From Leptogorgia sarmentosa (Eukaryota): DNA of 64,000 nt. Positions 1 to 14,700 of the stretch are shown here, piece after piece; the stretch's first letter is position 1; the number at the start of each line of letters is the position of its first letter. Where the stretch lies: contig OZ210884.1 in NCBI GenBank assembly GCA_964658305.1, positions 6,076,001-6,140,000 of the forward strand, written 5' to 3'. A model generated the notes under the pieces. It did no database searches. It had not been told where the DNA came from and saw only the letters and a list, made by a program, of their open reading frames with translations. Made by a program: the position numbers and the translations under genes.

Positions 1-1
1 T

Positions 2-1294
2 CTTACTGAGGAGAAAAATGTCGAGAATATAGCGAAAAATCGTGCCAGTGAAGAACCAACGGATTCGGTAAAAGTTGCTTCTGTGTCAAGTCTGTCAGAC
101 ACCGTTCAAACAATAGATGTCAGTGAAGCAAATGGCCAGTTAGAAATTCAAAACAGCGAACGTTCGAACAGCGAATTCGTGCAACCTGCTAATGTTGAAA
201 AAACTAAAATAAAATTGCAAGAAAATAGCTTCGCACAACAGAGAAGCAAACAAACTCGAGAGGGAAATGAGATTCGTAAAATTCGTAAAGAGGTTTTTAA
301 ACTACTAACAGTGACTAAAATTCCAAAATGTATGATGGTTGATTATAAATTTGATCGTAGCAACAAGCTTCCTTCCTTTGCCGAAACATTTTGTCCCGAT
401 TTGTCTGAAAAGCGAAGGAAGACGCCCAGAGATATTGAACTCCCAGATGTTTTACAGAGCGCAGACGAAAGGAGCGATAAAGACGAGGAGATGTCCATAT
501 TTATACCTGGAAGTGATTCGGAATATGAATGTAGTGAGCCAGATGTTGAGGAAGATGAACGGCCTTCAGAATTGACAAGTCAGGATTCTTCAGGCTCAGA
601 CGCGTTACCCAAGATAAAATCAGAAGTAATGGACAGTGAATCAGAAACCTCAAACAAGACTCAAATTTTAAAGACGGAATATGTCGATACTCCTTCAAGT
701 ATGTTGGCTATTGACGACGAGTTGGAAAACTTTTTAGTTTCAAGTATTGTGTTTAACGATACAACTCAACGAAGCGTTTCCCATTTGCCAGATTTATCTA
801 ATAATATAGGTCTAATTTTCAAGTCTGAGGGATTAAATGAGGAACATTGCATAGAACCGGATTATGGAAGCTTATTTGCGAAACCTGAATTGCCAGATGA
901 TAGCGTAAAAACTTGCAAACAAGAGCAAAACACAAACGTCAATGTCAATACAAGTTATACAACATTGAATAATTATCAAGGGGATCTCTTTAATACTGCA
1001 TTGCTTGGCAGTGAGAGATCGTGGCATGAGCACAATGCTCCAGAGAATATGAATCCATTCTACGGCAGTCTTTTGACAAATAGTACTCCTAGTTATGTGA
1101 ACCATATCGGCTCAAGACATTTCACCAACAATATATTTCGCATGGGGGACCCGTTTATGAACAACGCGGATTTAAAAACCATGACAAGTTTACCGATGGA
1201 AATCATGCAAACAGATATTGATCCTTTTAAATTCACTACCTTGGTTCCCAAAGTCGAAGTCTTAGATTCCTCTATGAATTATGGTTTCAGCTAG
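2..1294 (+). CDS. 3' terminal coding exon of an unidentified gene; acidic/Ser-rich, probably disordered
   Basis: Frame open from position 2 to TAG at 1292-1294 (>430 codons) in AT-rich DNA; no recognisable domain; start lies outside the window. Confidence 0.65.
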   Translation, partial: LTEEKNVENIAKNRASEEPTDSVKVASVSSLSDTVQTIDVSEANGQLEIQNSERSNSEFVQPANVEKTKIKLQENSFAQQRSKQTREGNEIRKIRKEVFKLLTVTKIPKCMMVDYKFDRSNKLPSFAETFCPDLSEKRRKTPRDIELPDVLQSADERSDKDEEMSIFIPGSDSEYECSEPDVEEDERPSELTSQDSSGSDALPKIKSEVMDSESETSNKTQILKTEYVDTPSSMLAIDDELENFLVSSIVFNDTTQRSVSHLPDLSNNIGLIFKSEGLNEEHCIEPDYGSLFAKPELPDDSVKTCKQEQNTNVNVNTSYTTLNNYQGDLFNTALLGSERSWHEHNAPENMNPFYGSLLTNSTPSYVNHIGSRHFTNNIFRMGDPFMNNADLKTMTSLPMEIMQTDIDPFKFTTLVPKVEVLDSSMNYGFS

Positions 1295-2705
1295 CGATTG
1301 ATAATTATGCAGATATTATGACGTCGACTGCTCAATCTAGCAGCAATATATAGCGCAGTAAATTTTGGGTAAATGTGTGTAGGAGGAATCAAGCAAGTTC
1401 ATATTCGAATTCATTTTCTGAATCGTTAAATTAAAATATTGTTCTCTGGTTCACACTTTCTCAGCTACAAAGATTCGACAAATTCATATTCTGCATAATA
1501 TGAAATTTGCGCCGATATTTTTAACGTGAGAGATTCATCAAATAGTTAATTTGTGAAAACTTTAATTTGGAGAAAAAAATAAAATATTTTCGCCATTTTG
1601 AAAAAGCATTCGAGATAACCTTAACAAGAATTTGCATAACGTGTGACAAATTCCCTTTAAACCAAAGTTGAATAGTGATTTTTTCGAGCTTCCCAAAATA
1701 ACCGGTTGATTTATCTGACCCAGACTAAACAGTCTAAACCTAAATATTCCGTGGATGAACTTTCTATCCGACTTTCGAACAACCGCCCCCAGGTGATGTG
1801 AAAACACGGAAAAGTACCGGTACTATCGCTAGCTGTCAAATAAAGATCACAAAATATAATTTAGTTTCCTCCCAAATTTCTGGTAGACCAATCAGTCTTG
1901 CTGAACCTGATCACTAAGTTTCATAAAAGAAATAAGAGGTAACAAAAACAGCAAAATGAAGGTGGCAAATCATTTCGGACGGACTTTTAAGAGCCTTTAC
2001 CCAATATAGCGATTGTATACTGCGACCAGGCTTTCAATTTACAATTAATTTTTAGGTGGTAAAATCATTGTATTGACGATTAATATGTATTAAAAGATAA
2101 AAGTTGCTTCTTCCTTCATAGTTTAATTGACCACAGTTAGTAGATGTCTTCATGTACTAACTGTGAATTGACATAAGCTCTAATTAAAGCTGTTCAGTAT
2201 GTAAAGCTCTTCGGAAAAATACATTTTCCCCTTTTAATGATGTGGGTTTAACTCGCTGAACTGACGTTCAGTTTAAATATTAATACTCACAAAACAAAAT
2301 ATGTAGCTAATATAAAATTTTCTTATTCCAAAATATACACAATTTTAAGTATATACCAGCTCTATATGTATGTATATTTTATATATTTATATATATATTA
2401 TATTTGGTCTGCATGCTCGTTCGAAATACGAACGGTAGTTTTTTATATAAAAATGATAAAAATACAGACACATCAATCTGCACAGGTCTATATACATATT
2501 CTTAGTTATCTACAAGTCGAAAATCAACTTTCATATTTAATCTATTTCATTTAGGCTCGCTCAGGGGGTACAACTTGAATTTAATTTCCATGATTGCACG
2601 GCAAACATATTTTCATGTTGGTTTTATTGTATATTGCGCTTTGAGCTTCGTTACCAGTCCCTTGGCGGAGCCTCTTTCAGGAAATCCCATTCGTAGATTC
2701 CATGG

Positions 2706-5700
2706 CTACGCTACCGACGGACTATCTGTAACGGGTGATGGAGGTGGAGGGTCTGGTTCTTGTATGAACCCCACCTCACTGCTCGGTGAAGGAGGGGGGT
2801 CTCCATCATCTGAGAAGTGTAATCCTTCTGAGAAATAGTTCGTACATATTGTAGGAGGGGGAGCAAAGAGATCTTCCTCTTCAAGTTCAAAGTCTACATC
2901 AGAGACTGACGAATATGCACTAGACGTCTTATTACGTTTATAATGTATATATTTTGTTACTGATGACTCGGCATCTGTAGTCACTGGTGTCGTATAATTA
3001 GGCATCATCGGTCTATGATGGTACATGTGCAGCTCACATGTTGATGGAGACGGAGTGTTGTAGTACTTGCCCGAGATAGATGTAAAATGTGATCGGTCAG
3101 TAACTGGAGATGGCGGAGGATTTGTAAGAGAACGCTGATATGTTTGACCAATTGCTGATTGAGACTGACCAGTAAGATCGTCACGGTTATAAAATGTATC
3201 ACCAGTATCAGTGTGGTTGCTGCTCAAAGATGTCGACGCATTAACTGTAATTAATCTCTTCGAGTACAACTGGGTTGCATCAGATTCCCCGTCATAAGAC
3301 GACTCCCGGAACGTGGTGGTTGTTTGAACATAGGTTGTTAAGTATGAACTTTCTTGTCTATGTTTGGCTCGTCTGTAGAAGAACATTACGATCAACACGA
3401 AGATTAGAGCGGCTGCACACGTGAACACAATCACGAGTTTATCGCGATGTGAATTCTCTTTTGATTTTTGTGGTTTCGATTGTGTGGTGACTAAAATGAG
3501 AAGTAACAGAACACAATGTAGTTCTTATGTTATTCACGTGCACGCGTAACTCCTTGTAACAACACATTAAGGCCTGTTGACACTTGCAACATTCACGGAA
3601 ACTTTCTATTGCGGGTTTCTCCTTTCGATGAATGTGAACGAGTAAACCAGTAATGGCAATTCAAGCTAAGAGGGGTCATTTGAACAAATCTCAATAAGAG
3701 AATTTATGAACGCCTTACCATTTCTACATAACTGCGGATCTTCATCACTGCCGGCAGTACAATCTGACACGCCGTCACATTTCCACATTGCAGGGATACA
3801 CCCATCATCCGGGCACACGAAACTGTCTTTTTTACAATCGTTGGGATCTAAAAACCGAAACATACATTTGTTGTTAACCCTACATTGAAACAATAAAAGA
3901 GATGCTTTCGAAACACAGAACTGCGTACAATGACAAGGTTTGCGTTTTAAGCCCGCCGCACACGAGAGCTACATATCTGCCGAGCTGACAGTCACTCGTG
4001 CTTATTGGTGTAAGCAAAATGCTCCCGTTTTGGTCACGCGTGTCAAAAATATTTCAATATTATATTTTGCCTCACGCTAATAGGCACGAGTGAATGTCAG
4101 CTCAGCAGATACTTCTCGTGTGCGGCAGGCTTTTTGTATACAAGTACAAGTCTACGTTAGTGCACAAAGTACAAGTCTACCAGAAATGCAACGAAGTAAC
4201 TCATACTTCAGAAGGAATTTAGTAATTTGGTTGCACCACGACAGTGATTTAACATCTCAAGAAACGACAATCCAAGACTTTAACACATTTTCTTACGGTA
4301 ATTCACCGTGATATAAAACACTGGGGGTTTCGGGAGGGGGGGGGGTATTACGGTACTTACCGCATGAATCCGATCCATCACTGCAATGTGTTACACCATC
4401 ACATTTCTCTCTCTTCGGCACACACTGTTTATTTTCACATTGAAATTCATTTTTTTCACACGAAGGGCAATTCTCCTCATCAGAACCGTCGTCACATTCA
4501 AAATCTCCATCACATCTCCACGCCATGTGCACGCATGCCTCGCTGTTCTTGCAGCGAAAACTATTAGGACCACATGTGGGGGGAACTTTAAATAAAGAAA
4601 ATTTACAAATTACATTTACACGACGTTATATTATATAATTTATATAATTTATATATATATATATATGCATTTATAGACCGTGTAAAGGAATCAATTTCTA
4701 AAGAAATGAATAAGGAAAATAATTTAAATTTGCATTTGCATGACCAAAGGTCTGGTGGCTTCGCCACTGTTCAGAGGTGGTCTAGGCACTTTTAACAAAG
4801 ATAAAATACACATTAAGATTTTCAGATGGCAGATTTTCCAACATGTAGGTGACGATAAATTAAAAACTGTATGGACCACATACGATAGGAAATATTGGGA
4901 AAAGTTTCGATGCAATAAGACAATTGAAAGAGTTTGATACGATACACCATCTGATAAAATACAAATACTCACGTTCACACGTGCGTTCGTTCTCTCCGAG
5001 TATAAAATACTTGTGACATGAACAAAGTGCTCGACCTTGAGCGACATAACAAATATCACTGCAACCACTGTTGTTCTTCAGGCATGGATGATTTACTAAA
5101 AAACAAGATTGAAATTTAAACGGGGAATTAAAAAATATATTTTCAAGTTCTCACCTCCACCAGGTTTCTCATGATTTATGTGGGCAAAAGGAGACATCAA
5201 CTTTCAAGATCGATTGTAATTTGGTTTTCTGACTACTCATTAAAATTAGGTTGCAACTATAGCAACTCTTCTACGTTACAAGTGAAGCTAGTTTTTCGGC
5301 CGATTAAATCAAGAATATTTCCAACAACTGATGAATACATGCCCAAACGATGATTTTCTTGTTGTTGTAGTGCAGTGTACCCAGGTGCAGAATGTTTAGT
5401 GATGTTATAATAAATGTGCTTCCTGCACTCAGAGTAACATCACTAAACATGCCAAAACGATTTTTTGAAAATCGATTTTGTGATTTGTAGGTTTTAATTT
5501 TGGTTTATGCTGGTAGTTAGCTTACCATCGAATGAATGTTTATCAACAACCAAAACATCGGTTGGTTCTCCAATTTTACCCAAAATAAGTTGTTTATCTT
5601 CCCCCGTCATCTTATTCACACGATTCAGTTGTCCAGATGAGGTGTCCACCCAATACAAGTAATCCCCATGCACAGCGATACCTCCTACTTCGATTAGATT

Positions 5701-8700
5701 GCTCACGTCCAGCTCATTTTCTGTGAGATCTATGAATATATACCAAGCATAAACAAAATTGATTACTTTTTACAGGGAATTACACAGGTTTGAGAAGTAT
5801 TAACGAAAAATGACACGCGTGTTTCGCGAAACACAAGAGCAATTTTTTAATTCAATTCTCCAACAAGTGTAATTCCCTATTGGCTTGTTTGCAATCACGT
5901 GACTTTTTGGCCAAATGACGGGCAATTGAGCAACTTGTACACGATTTTTCTCAGGATCTAATTGCTTGTAGCAAGATAAAATACACATTCAACGCATTCC
6001 ATTGTTCAAAATTGAGAATACTGACACAATCAGTCAGCAGTCTTTGTTTACAAAGGGTATTTTTAGGGCAAGATACCAAGTACTAATTGAAAAGTACAAA
6101 GTCATGATATACGCATACAGTAATACATACCTTTTAAAGAAAGTCTAACGATTTTATGTTTCTTCTTCTCAACAAAAAACAGAAATTCTCCGTTAGGATC
6201 CACAGTCAATGCACCCAGATCAACATCCTTACTATCTTTAACATAAACTTGGGTATCCTGATCTCGCACACCATTCATTCTTGCTTTCTCAATACTAGCT
6301 GTTTTCTCTGTGGAGTTCGTCCAGTACATGTACCTGAAGAAATACAACAGGTCAGGGCTTCATTTATGCAGATTGCACCTTCTAATATTATTGTAGTCAA
6401 TTTCCTGGACCCTGATTGGCTAAAAACAACTGTGCGAATTAAACATTAATTACAATACCACGGTTTCGAGCCGGCGATATGCGAGCGGTAAATTTAAAAA
6501 CAAGTAAAACTACAGTAAAATTTGTGGGTGGGGGATGAGCAAGCTCAGGCTCTATACAACATAAATATTCAGGTATTATTTTTATGGCTTACCCTCTCTT
6601 GGGATCCAGTGCAATGGATTTTGGTTCCCCATTTTCACTGCTTACCAACGTACCAACTTCATCTGAAGTCAAGCTGGTGACTTTGATATTCCTGGAAACA
6701 TCATCCGTCCAATATAACTGCTTTCCATATGGATCTAGAGCGATGTCTAATGGTGTTGTCAAAGTTTCTTTGTGACTCGATGTGGCTACGCTCTCCATTT
6801 TCGTTCCATTTGAAAAACTTCTGTAAATCGACGCTTCATCGTCATACGCATCAATCCAGTAGATCATATCGGTCGTTGGGTCGTATTCCAGTGCTTGTAC
6901 TTTATGATGAACATCCAACGGCAAAAATATGTCAAAATTATCGGCGTGATCAAGAGTCTGTCTGCGCACCTTTTCACCATCGCTGTACAGCAAGAACAAC
7001 TGCGGACCTGTAGCAATAAACATAACAATCAGAAACTAAATAAAATACAACCAAAATGCTTATTTTCCTGGGGCAGGTTGTTCGTAGCCCGTTTAGCCTA
7101 AACTATGTGTTCATTGAACAATCAAAATAAAAAATTTCAATCTGAAAAGAACACTTGTGTGCACAACTACATATTTAGGGTTTAAAATTCATGCTCAGTT
7201 ATTCACAAGATGAACGGGAGTGTAATTTAAATTTGACTTAGTTTAAGCTAAACGGGCTACGAACAACCGACCCCTGTACGTTCAATTTGTTGTCTCGTAA
7301 AGAGTACTTACTTATACACGTAGTCTTCGTCTCTTCATCCAACGTGTAGTGGTTCGGACATGCACAGGTGTACTTGTTGCCTGGTAATGCCAAGCAAAGA
7401 TGGCTACACCCGCCATTTTCATTTCCGCACTCATTCCACCCTACTTGACGACTGTTGTGGAATATTTTCATATCCATGATATATCCTATATTACCCTCTA
7501 TCATAGTGCGGTTTTCACCATTATATTTACTAGCTCTGGTAATACTTCCTTCTTGTTGGTCTCCCCAGTAGACAAAGTCTTTATATTGTGTTAGACAAGA
7601 TGGATGTGGAAGGGATGAGGAGATAATTTTCTCAAGACCAGTACCATCAATCATTGCTCGCGCTATATAATTATTCTCTTCGTCCGTCCAATAGATCATA
7701 TCTTCTAAGAAGTCTATAACCAACCCTTTAGGCTTCCGTATTATTGAATGGTTCTGTAGCAATATTGTCACGTTACTACCATCCATATTAGCGCGTAATA
7801 TTGATGCGGAATCGTGCCAATCCGTCCAATACATATATCTAAACGAAAACAAGTTAAATATTATAGTAATATAATTATGTTTTCTTCGTCGTTGGTAGAA
7901 CTGCACAACATATGCATAAACAGTGTTTTGTATGTAGATATTATACACTTTTTGTTTTCCTTGTAAAAGCAAACATTTGTTATCACAGCTCGGTAGTGGA
8001 TGCTCTTATTGTGTCGTGATGTTTTAAAACGCTGTTCTTCCTGTTACTAGAGTATAGCTTGGAGAAACAAGCACCTTTGTCCTAGAAGATTGTATAATTG
8101 ACCTAAAAAAGGACTGAAATCGAATTGAAGACGAAAAAATGTCAGGTCGAATTTGTTAGTTTCCGCGATGCGGACAGTAACTAACATACATGCATAACGA
8201 AGTAAACGAACTACGTGCAATAACTGAACCGAGTATTTTATATACGAACAAATTAACGAACAATGTAGGACCTACCCTTTTCCAGGATCCAAAGTAAGAG
8301 AATGAGGTTGCGACATATTTTTCCAAATCAATATTTTCCTGTGCCGTCCATCTAGACGTGAGCACTCAATGCGTTGTGTACCGGTATCCGTCCAGTAAAG
8401 ATTATCCGCAACCCAATCAACAGCCAAGCCATCAGGAAAACCTACATCAATACCAATAACTACTTCTGCTTGGCTCCCATTTATAAATGCTCTGTTGATT
8501 TTCATGGTGTCCAAACCTGTCCAGAACACTCTACTTTGATTGATGTGAAAATCGACGGCATTTGCATCCACGATCCCAGGTATTGGGATCGGTTTATCAC
8601 CATTGCTGGTGTCGATTGAAATACGACGAAGACTGCTCAATCGAGAGAACAGCAAAAACGCCTCTGGAACTATAAAATACAATTTAATCATTTTAAATGT

Positions 8701-11700
8701 ATGCACGATTCCAGCTCCTATATTCTAATTTAGTCAAAACTGACAACGAAATCTACCGCCACATATTTCGCTGTTTTTCAATCTATAGCGACTTGGAATT
8801 AGTGAAATTGGATTAGGTCAAAATTTAGTATAATGTGGTCTGCGTGGAGGAGAGGGTGCGCCTGCAAATGTCGTATTTTACTTACCAACACATGTCCTGT
8901 TGTCTTTTGTTAGTTCTAGTCCCATTGGACACTCACATTTCACTCCAGCTGGTGTGTACAGACATAAGTGGGAACAATTGCCATTGTTCTTCTGACAGTC
9001 GTTATACCCTGAATGAAATGAGCTGAGTGTTAAAACAATATTTCAATTCATAAAGAAAGGATAAATGAAACTACTACCAGCAGGTAAAATAATTATCATG
9101 TTAAATCTTTATTTAGCTTTGATTTTATCATCTTGGACTTACTGTAAAGCTTCTTCGCCAATGAAGTCGCAAGATGGGTAGATAATAGATTTCTGGGTCA
9201 TTCAGTATAAAACATCGTATTATATCAGATCTAAAACGCTTGGCCGTCGACTCGACCTTCAATTCTGATAAAGCACTCGTGCTCGGATTTAAATAGACTA
9301 ATAGTAGCCTACATTAAAACTTGGATTGGGTGAAAAAAAGTTGAATTTAGGACAATCGGATTCCCACACCATTGTAGCCAAGTAAACAAGGGATAGTGCT
9401 AAATACACTAATTCGTGCTGAAACAAGAAAGCTAAATTCGGGACATTTCGCCCAAGACGTTTGACCATGTCTAGCTTCATTTGCTTTGCCGCTGAAGTAA
9501 TGGAAGTAATGAATTTACGTACCATATTTTAGTCTCATATCAACGACTTTAAGTCCCATCACTGCAGGTAGTAACTCAGCAATAATATCCTTACTGTCCG
9601 AGCTATCAACATGAATCTTCTGAAGATTACGTCGTTGCCAATCCGTCCAATACAAATGTTTTCCAATGAGGCCAAAACCATAGATATGAGGAACGTCTTT
9701 ATCCACTAGGACGCGTCTTCCACTTCCATTTAAATTGCACACTTCAATTTTATCTAGTTTAGCATCAGCCCAATACACTTTACGTTCTATGTAGTCGAGA
9801 GCAAGACCATTGGGCCACCGAATTGAAGTATTTACAAGTACTTCACGATGCGTCCCATCCAGCCAGGCACGTTCTAGTTTTGGATGAGTTCCCCAGTCTG
9901 ACCAGTACATGTAACTGAAAAGAAACATACAGGGAGTTATTACTATGAACAGGGTGGAAATTGTTTGAAAGGATAGATATTCCCCCTTTTAAACGAGCTT
10001 CTCGAATTAGATAGTCAAATAAATAACTTTAATCTGGCACGAGCGGAGGTAAAGTGGCTCAAAAGTGGATATTTTTGCGAAGTACGTACGTAATGTTTCC
10101 AACCAAGGTACTCAGTGCTTACTTACCCTTCACCAGGGTCTACGACAATGGCTCGAGGTTCGTCTAAGTTCTCTGAGATTAAAACCCGTCTTGATGAACC
10201 ATTTAAATGGCTAACTTCAATTCTGTCAGTGCCACTGTCACACCAGTAGAGGTTACGACCAATCCAATCTACTGCAATTCCATCTGGAAACTTCACTTCG
10301 GCTTGAACTACAGTTTGTTCTTCTACATACACAACAAAAACATACGTACATTATGGTGGCACAGCTTCCTGGAAATTTATTGTTTTAAAAAAGATGGGTG
10401 CACTCGTCGTGTCCATTTCGGGAAAACAAGAAGCACTTGCTTTATTAATTATTCTCACATTTTCATGAGTTTACTTCATAATGAAAAATAAGCTATCCAG
10501 TCAGTTCATGCTGTATAATATGTTCTTAATCCTACATAATGAAATATTACATTCTCGCGCATTATTGTTGGAAGGCGTAATTGCATCTAGTTTGCATCCA
10601 GCTACATATGCAGGTAACACAAGCTTTTTTGAAATATTCAAATAGCCTACCTGAGCCATCTAGTTTAGCTCTCTTGATAAGATGCAGAGTTTGATCAGTC
10701 CAGTAGACAAACCTTTCGACAGGATCATACTCAATCACAACGACTTGCTGCAAATTACGTATTGGCAGTACAATGGCTGTGTGATCTAATGTATCCAGAG
10801 AGATCAGCCTTAATTCCTTGGTTTTCGCGACAATCACAAAATTTTGTGGACCTAAAAAGCGAAACGTTAGTATTCACAATTCAGTAACCATACTCTTGTA
10901 TATATTATTGTTAATATCGCTGCTAAGTGAATTGACTTCTTGAATTTCAAGTCACTTTCCAAAAGTTTGGTTCCCAAATTATTTTGTTGCCAATATTCCC
11001 AGTTATTCTTTTTCCACAATTCACGCTTTGGGGCGCTATGAAAGTCTTGTTTGTCTATTTCTGGCTATCAAAATTAAAACATCTTGCATAAAACATTACA
11101 AGAATCCCTCAGCAAAAAATGCCAAAAATTTACGTAATGTGGGGAAAGTACGTATCACATAATTATTACACATTCCCATGGTACCGTACGTATGTATTGA
11201 CTGAATAGAATTTGATTCTGGCGAATTCCTTACCGTCCTCGCACGTTTTCTGGTCACTCAAGAGAACAACACCAGTTGGACATGCACAAGAATAGTTACC
11301 GCCAGATGCCAGTAAACACAAATGACTACATCCACCATTATTAACAGAACATGGGCTTTTCACTATAGACCAAACAAAATACATCATTGGATAATGCAAT
11401 TTCACAAATCAAAGTTACACACATTTTATACTAAATTATAATATGGTTATACTCATACAGAGGGCAAAATTGCTAAAACCAGATTGACTAACGAGGAGGG
11501 CATTTTTTCTTAATTAAGAGGGCAAAATTACTTGGTCCTGTTTGGCTAAATTTCAGAATGTTTTTATGTTCATTTCACATCGGATATTTAATTAATGGCT
11601 TCCTCCGTCCTCGCAGTATTTGTCGTGTTTGAAATCGTCAAATTAAAATAGTTTCAAGCAACTTGGTAAATCTTTAAGCAAATCTATTGAATAACCTGTC

Positions 11701-14700
11701 GTTTATAAAATTTGTATATCGTTTATTTCATTACTCAACGTTTTTGTGATATTAATAAATATATTGACTGCTTGTTTATTGATTTCTTAAAGTCTCGCCC
11801 GAAATGCCGAATTGACATTCAATTCCTAGCCATTTATGTTCGAATAAATCTTATTTTCAATCGCATTGGCTCCTCGTAAAACTTAAAATACCTGACAAAT
11901 TTTTCAAAGTGTGCAGCAGTAACCCCCCCCCCCTTGCTCCACCAAATATTGTGGCACTGATTGATAGCTTGTCTATTATCAACCTTATTGAACAACAGTT
12001 ACATACCATCTGGTTGTCTGTCAGGTTCATAAGCCTGAAGATTCATTAAATCTCTTATGTTATCCTTGACTAGCCACTTTTCATTTCCAGTGTTTTTGTT
12101 GCATGATTCAATTGACAATCTGTCCCAATCAGTCCAGTATACTCGATCTTTATAAATGGTAATCGAAAATGGATGTGGCAATGAGCTGCTGATTAATTTC
12201 TTTCGATTATTCCCATCAAGATCCGAGCTTTCAAGACGACTAAAATCTTTGTGAGCATCAAGCCAAAACAGTCTTGGGTCCTGGAAATCAACTGCCAAAC
12301 CATTTGGCCACTTTATATCAGTATTGATCACATCTCTTCTACCTGTCCCATCCATTGAGGCACGAACAATTCTCGCTTTCTCACCCCAATCTGACCAGAA
12401 CATGTAGCTGCAAAAGTAAAGGTTTATTGCAATATTTATTTAAATAATATGCCATTATACCCACTTCAGCCTTTTTATAGGTCGAATTCAATCACAAATA
12501 ATCGGAGGGTACATACAATTACACTTTTTTATAACTTGTATTTACTTCTAATCCTTTGATCTTAACCAATATTAAAGCACTCAGCAGTACCCTGGTGTTA
12601 CACAGAGTAAAATTTTAACAATTAAGATACAATAATTAATTCTTTGAATGTTTGCATGGTAAAGATAATATTTATAAAGTTAATATTTATATTTATTTCT
12701 TCAGTTTGTCTTATTGGCTCAGCTTCACACGAAATCAAGAGGATCTTAAAAGAGGTAGGTGTTCAAGTGTACCATTCTGGTCAACACAAATTGTTTAGAT
12801 CTCTTTGCACACACACAAGGATAGCGTAGATGAATCGCAGAAATCTGGTGTTTACTGTATTCCTTGTGAATGTGGTTTGGTTTACATAGGTGAAACTGGC
12901 AGAAATCTCCCTAAACGTCTTAAAGAACATAAGACTAATTGCGAGAAAGCTAAGCTAGATAAATCAGCTGTGGCTAAACATGCTTGGACTCATGGCCATC
13001 GTATAAAATGGGATGAAGCTAACATTTTAGCGATTGATAGTCTATTGAAATTGAAAAACACAACACAATAGATCAAGAGGGTAAGCCACTAAATAGTACG
13101 TGGCGTGCACTCTTTAATGTGCAAAATTAATTTAACTTGTCTCGCGCGTGCGCGTTAATTACATCATAACGTTTGCAATGACGTGTTTATTGACCGTTTA
13201 ATTAACTTATGTGTGCATACTTATCAGGACGCTTATGGTATAAAAGTGACTGTGTAGATTAGAACAAGTCAGACATTATTGGCACTGGTGAAGATCCGGG
13301 CTTACGGATCGAAAGCTTTGCGATAATAAAATTACGTGGTGTAAACTACAAACTTTATAAATAAAATATAATAATAAAGAATTTTAGTATATTAATCCAA
13401 TAAAAGGCAGACTTGACTTAAAATACTAAGATGCAAATATGCAATAATGAACAAGTGGAATTTCAGTATTTAAATTATAAGTGATTTCCATATAAAGAGA
13501 GTTTCAGAACTGATATTGCTATAGCTCTGAGATCTATGCACCAAGAATGTGAGTGACTTCACATGACATTGGCTTCTGGCCAACTAGTCTTAAAAGTTTA
13601 ACTTTAGAGCAGAACAGCAATAAGAACAATACAATATTTTATCTTATCACAAAAACCACTTCTCTCCTAAAAGCATTGTATTTCTGACAACCACTCAGAT
13701 GTTGACAACTTTGACAAATAGAAGTAAAATATAAAATTAAATTTGTACAAACAGTTAATTGGCAATTTCATATAAAGTTAAATTTATTACAGCCTCAAAG
13801 TTTCAAGGCATATGTTTGTGATGCTAATTTTCAAAACTATTTTGCTGTTCTCAAATCACTTGTTGCGGATTTGTTGTACAGTATGACAATTATCCGTCAA
13901 TGACAATCTATACAATTGTTTATATTTCAACAATTCTTCCCTCCCCTCACTTGACTTTCCCACCTATTTTTTGTGAGTTCACAAGTAGTAGATTTATTGC
14001 ATTTTTTAAAAACCATTAATATCTGCAGGACTCGCTCATCAGGTATTACAGTGGATACTAAATAAACCTAACTAAAGCAGGTTGCTGTAATTATCCCACA
14101 CTTAATCTAAAAGAATGCCAAAGAATTAAATACTTTGCCTTTATAAGGTTGTTGATATATAAATATAATCCATGATCAGTTCATGATTGAATTATTAGAC
14201 AATGTGCAATAGAAAAACGAAAATCAGGAAGTCCTATATGTTTATTAAACATTTTAATCCTGTACAAATATCAACTGAGGTTTAAAGAAATAAAGTAGAA
14301 GTGTGCTTGAAACAATACTTTTTCAAAACAAACTTTGCAAATTTGGTATATTTTGGTAAACCTATACGTTCAAAGTGATGCTTTATCTTGTTAAGATTTT
14401 ACAGGCAATAAAACCATAAATTCAATTTACTGTATGCTGGGATAAAACATGAAAGAAGTTTTGAATACCTAAAACAAATGTTCTTTACTAAATAAAACGC
14501 AATTGAATGATCAAAACGCGCGGAACCTATTCACTCAGACCTCCGGACAATATATTTCAAGCAAAATCCTCCTAAAAGTTAATTTCATGAGTGTAATGAG
14601 ATGTACATTTTGACTATACTAAGCATATTTCTTATTCAATAGCACCACATGTGATTTTGCAACTCTATTTGCCAATTGTTAGTCCGGAACTCAATAATTC

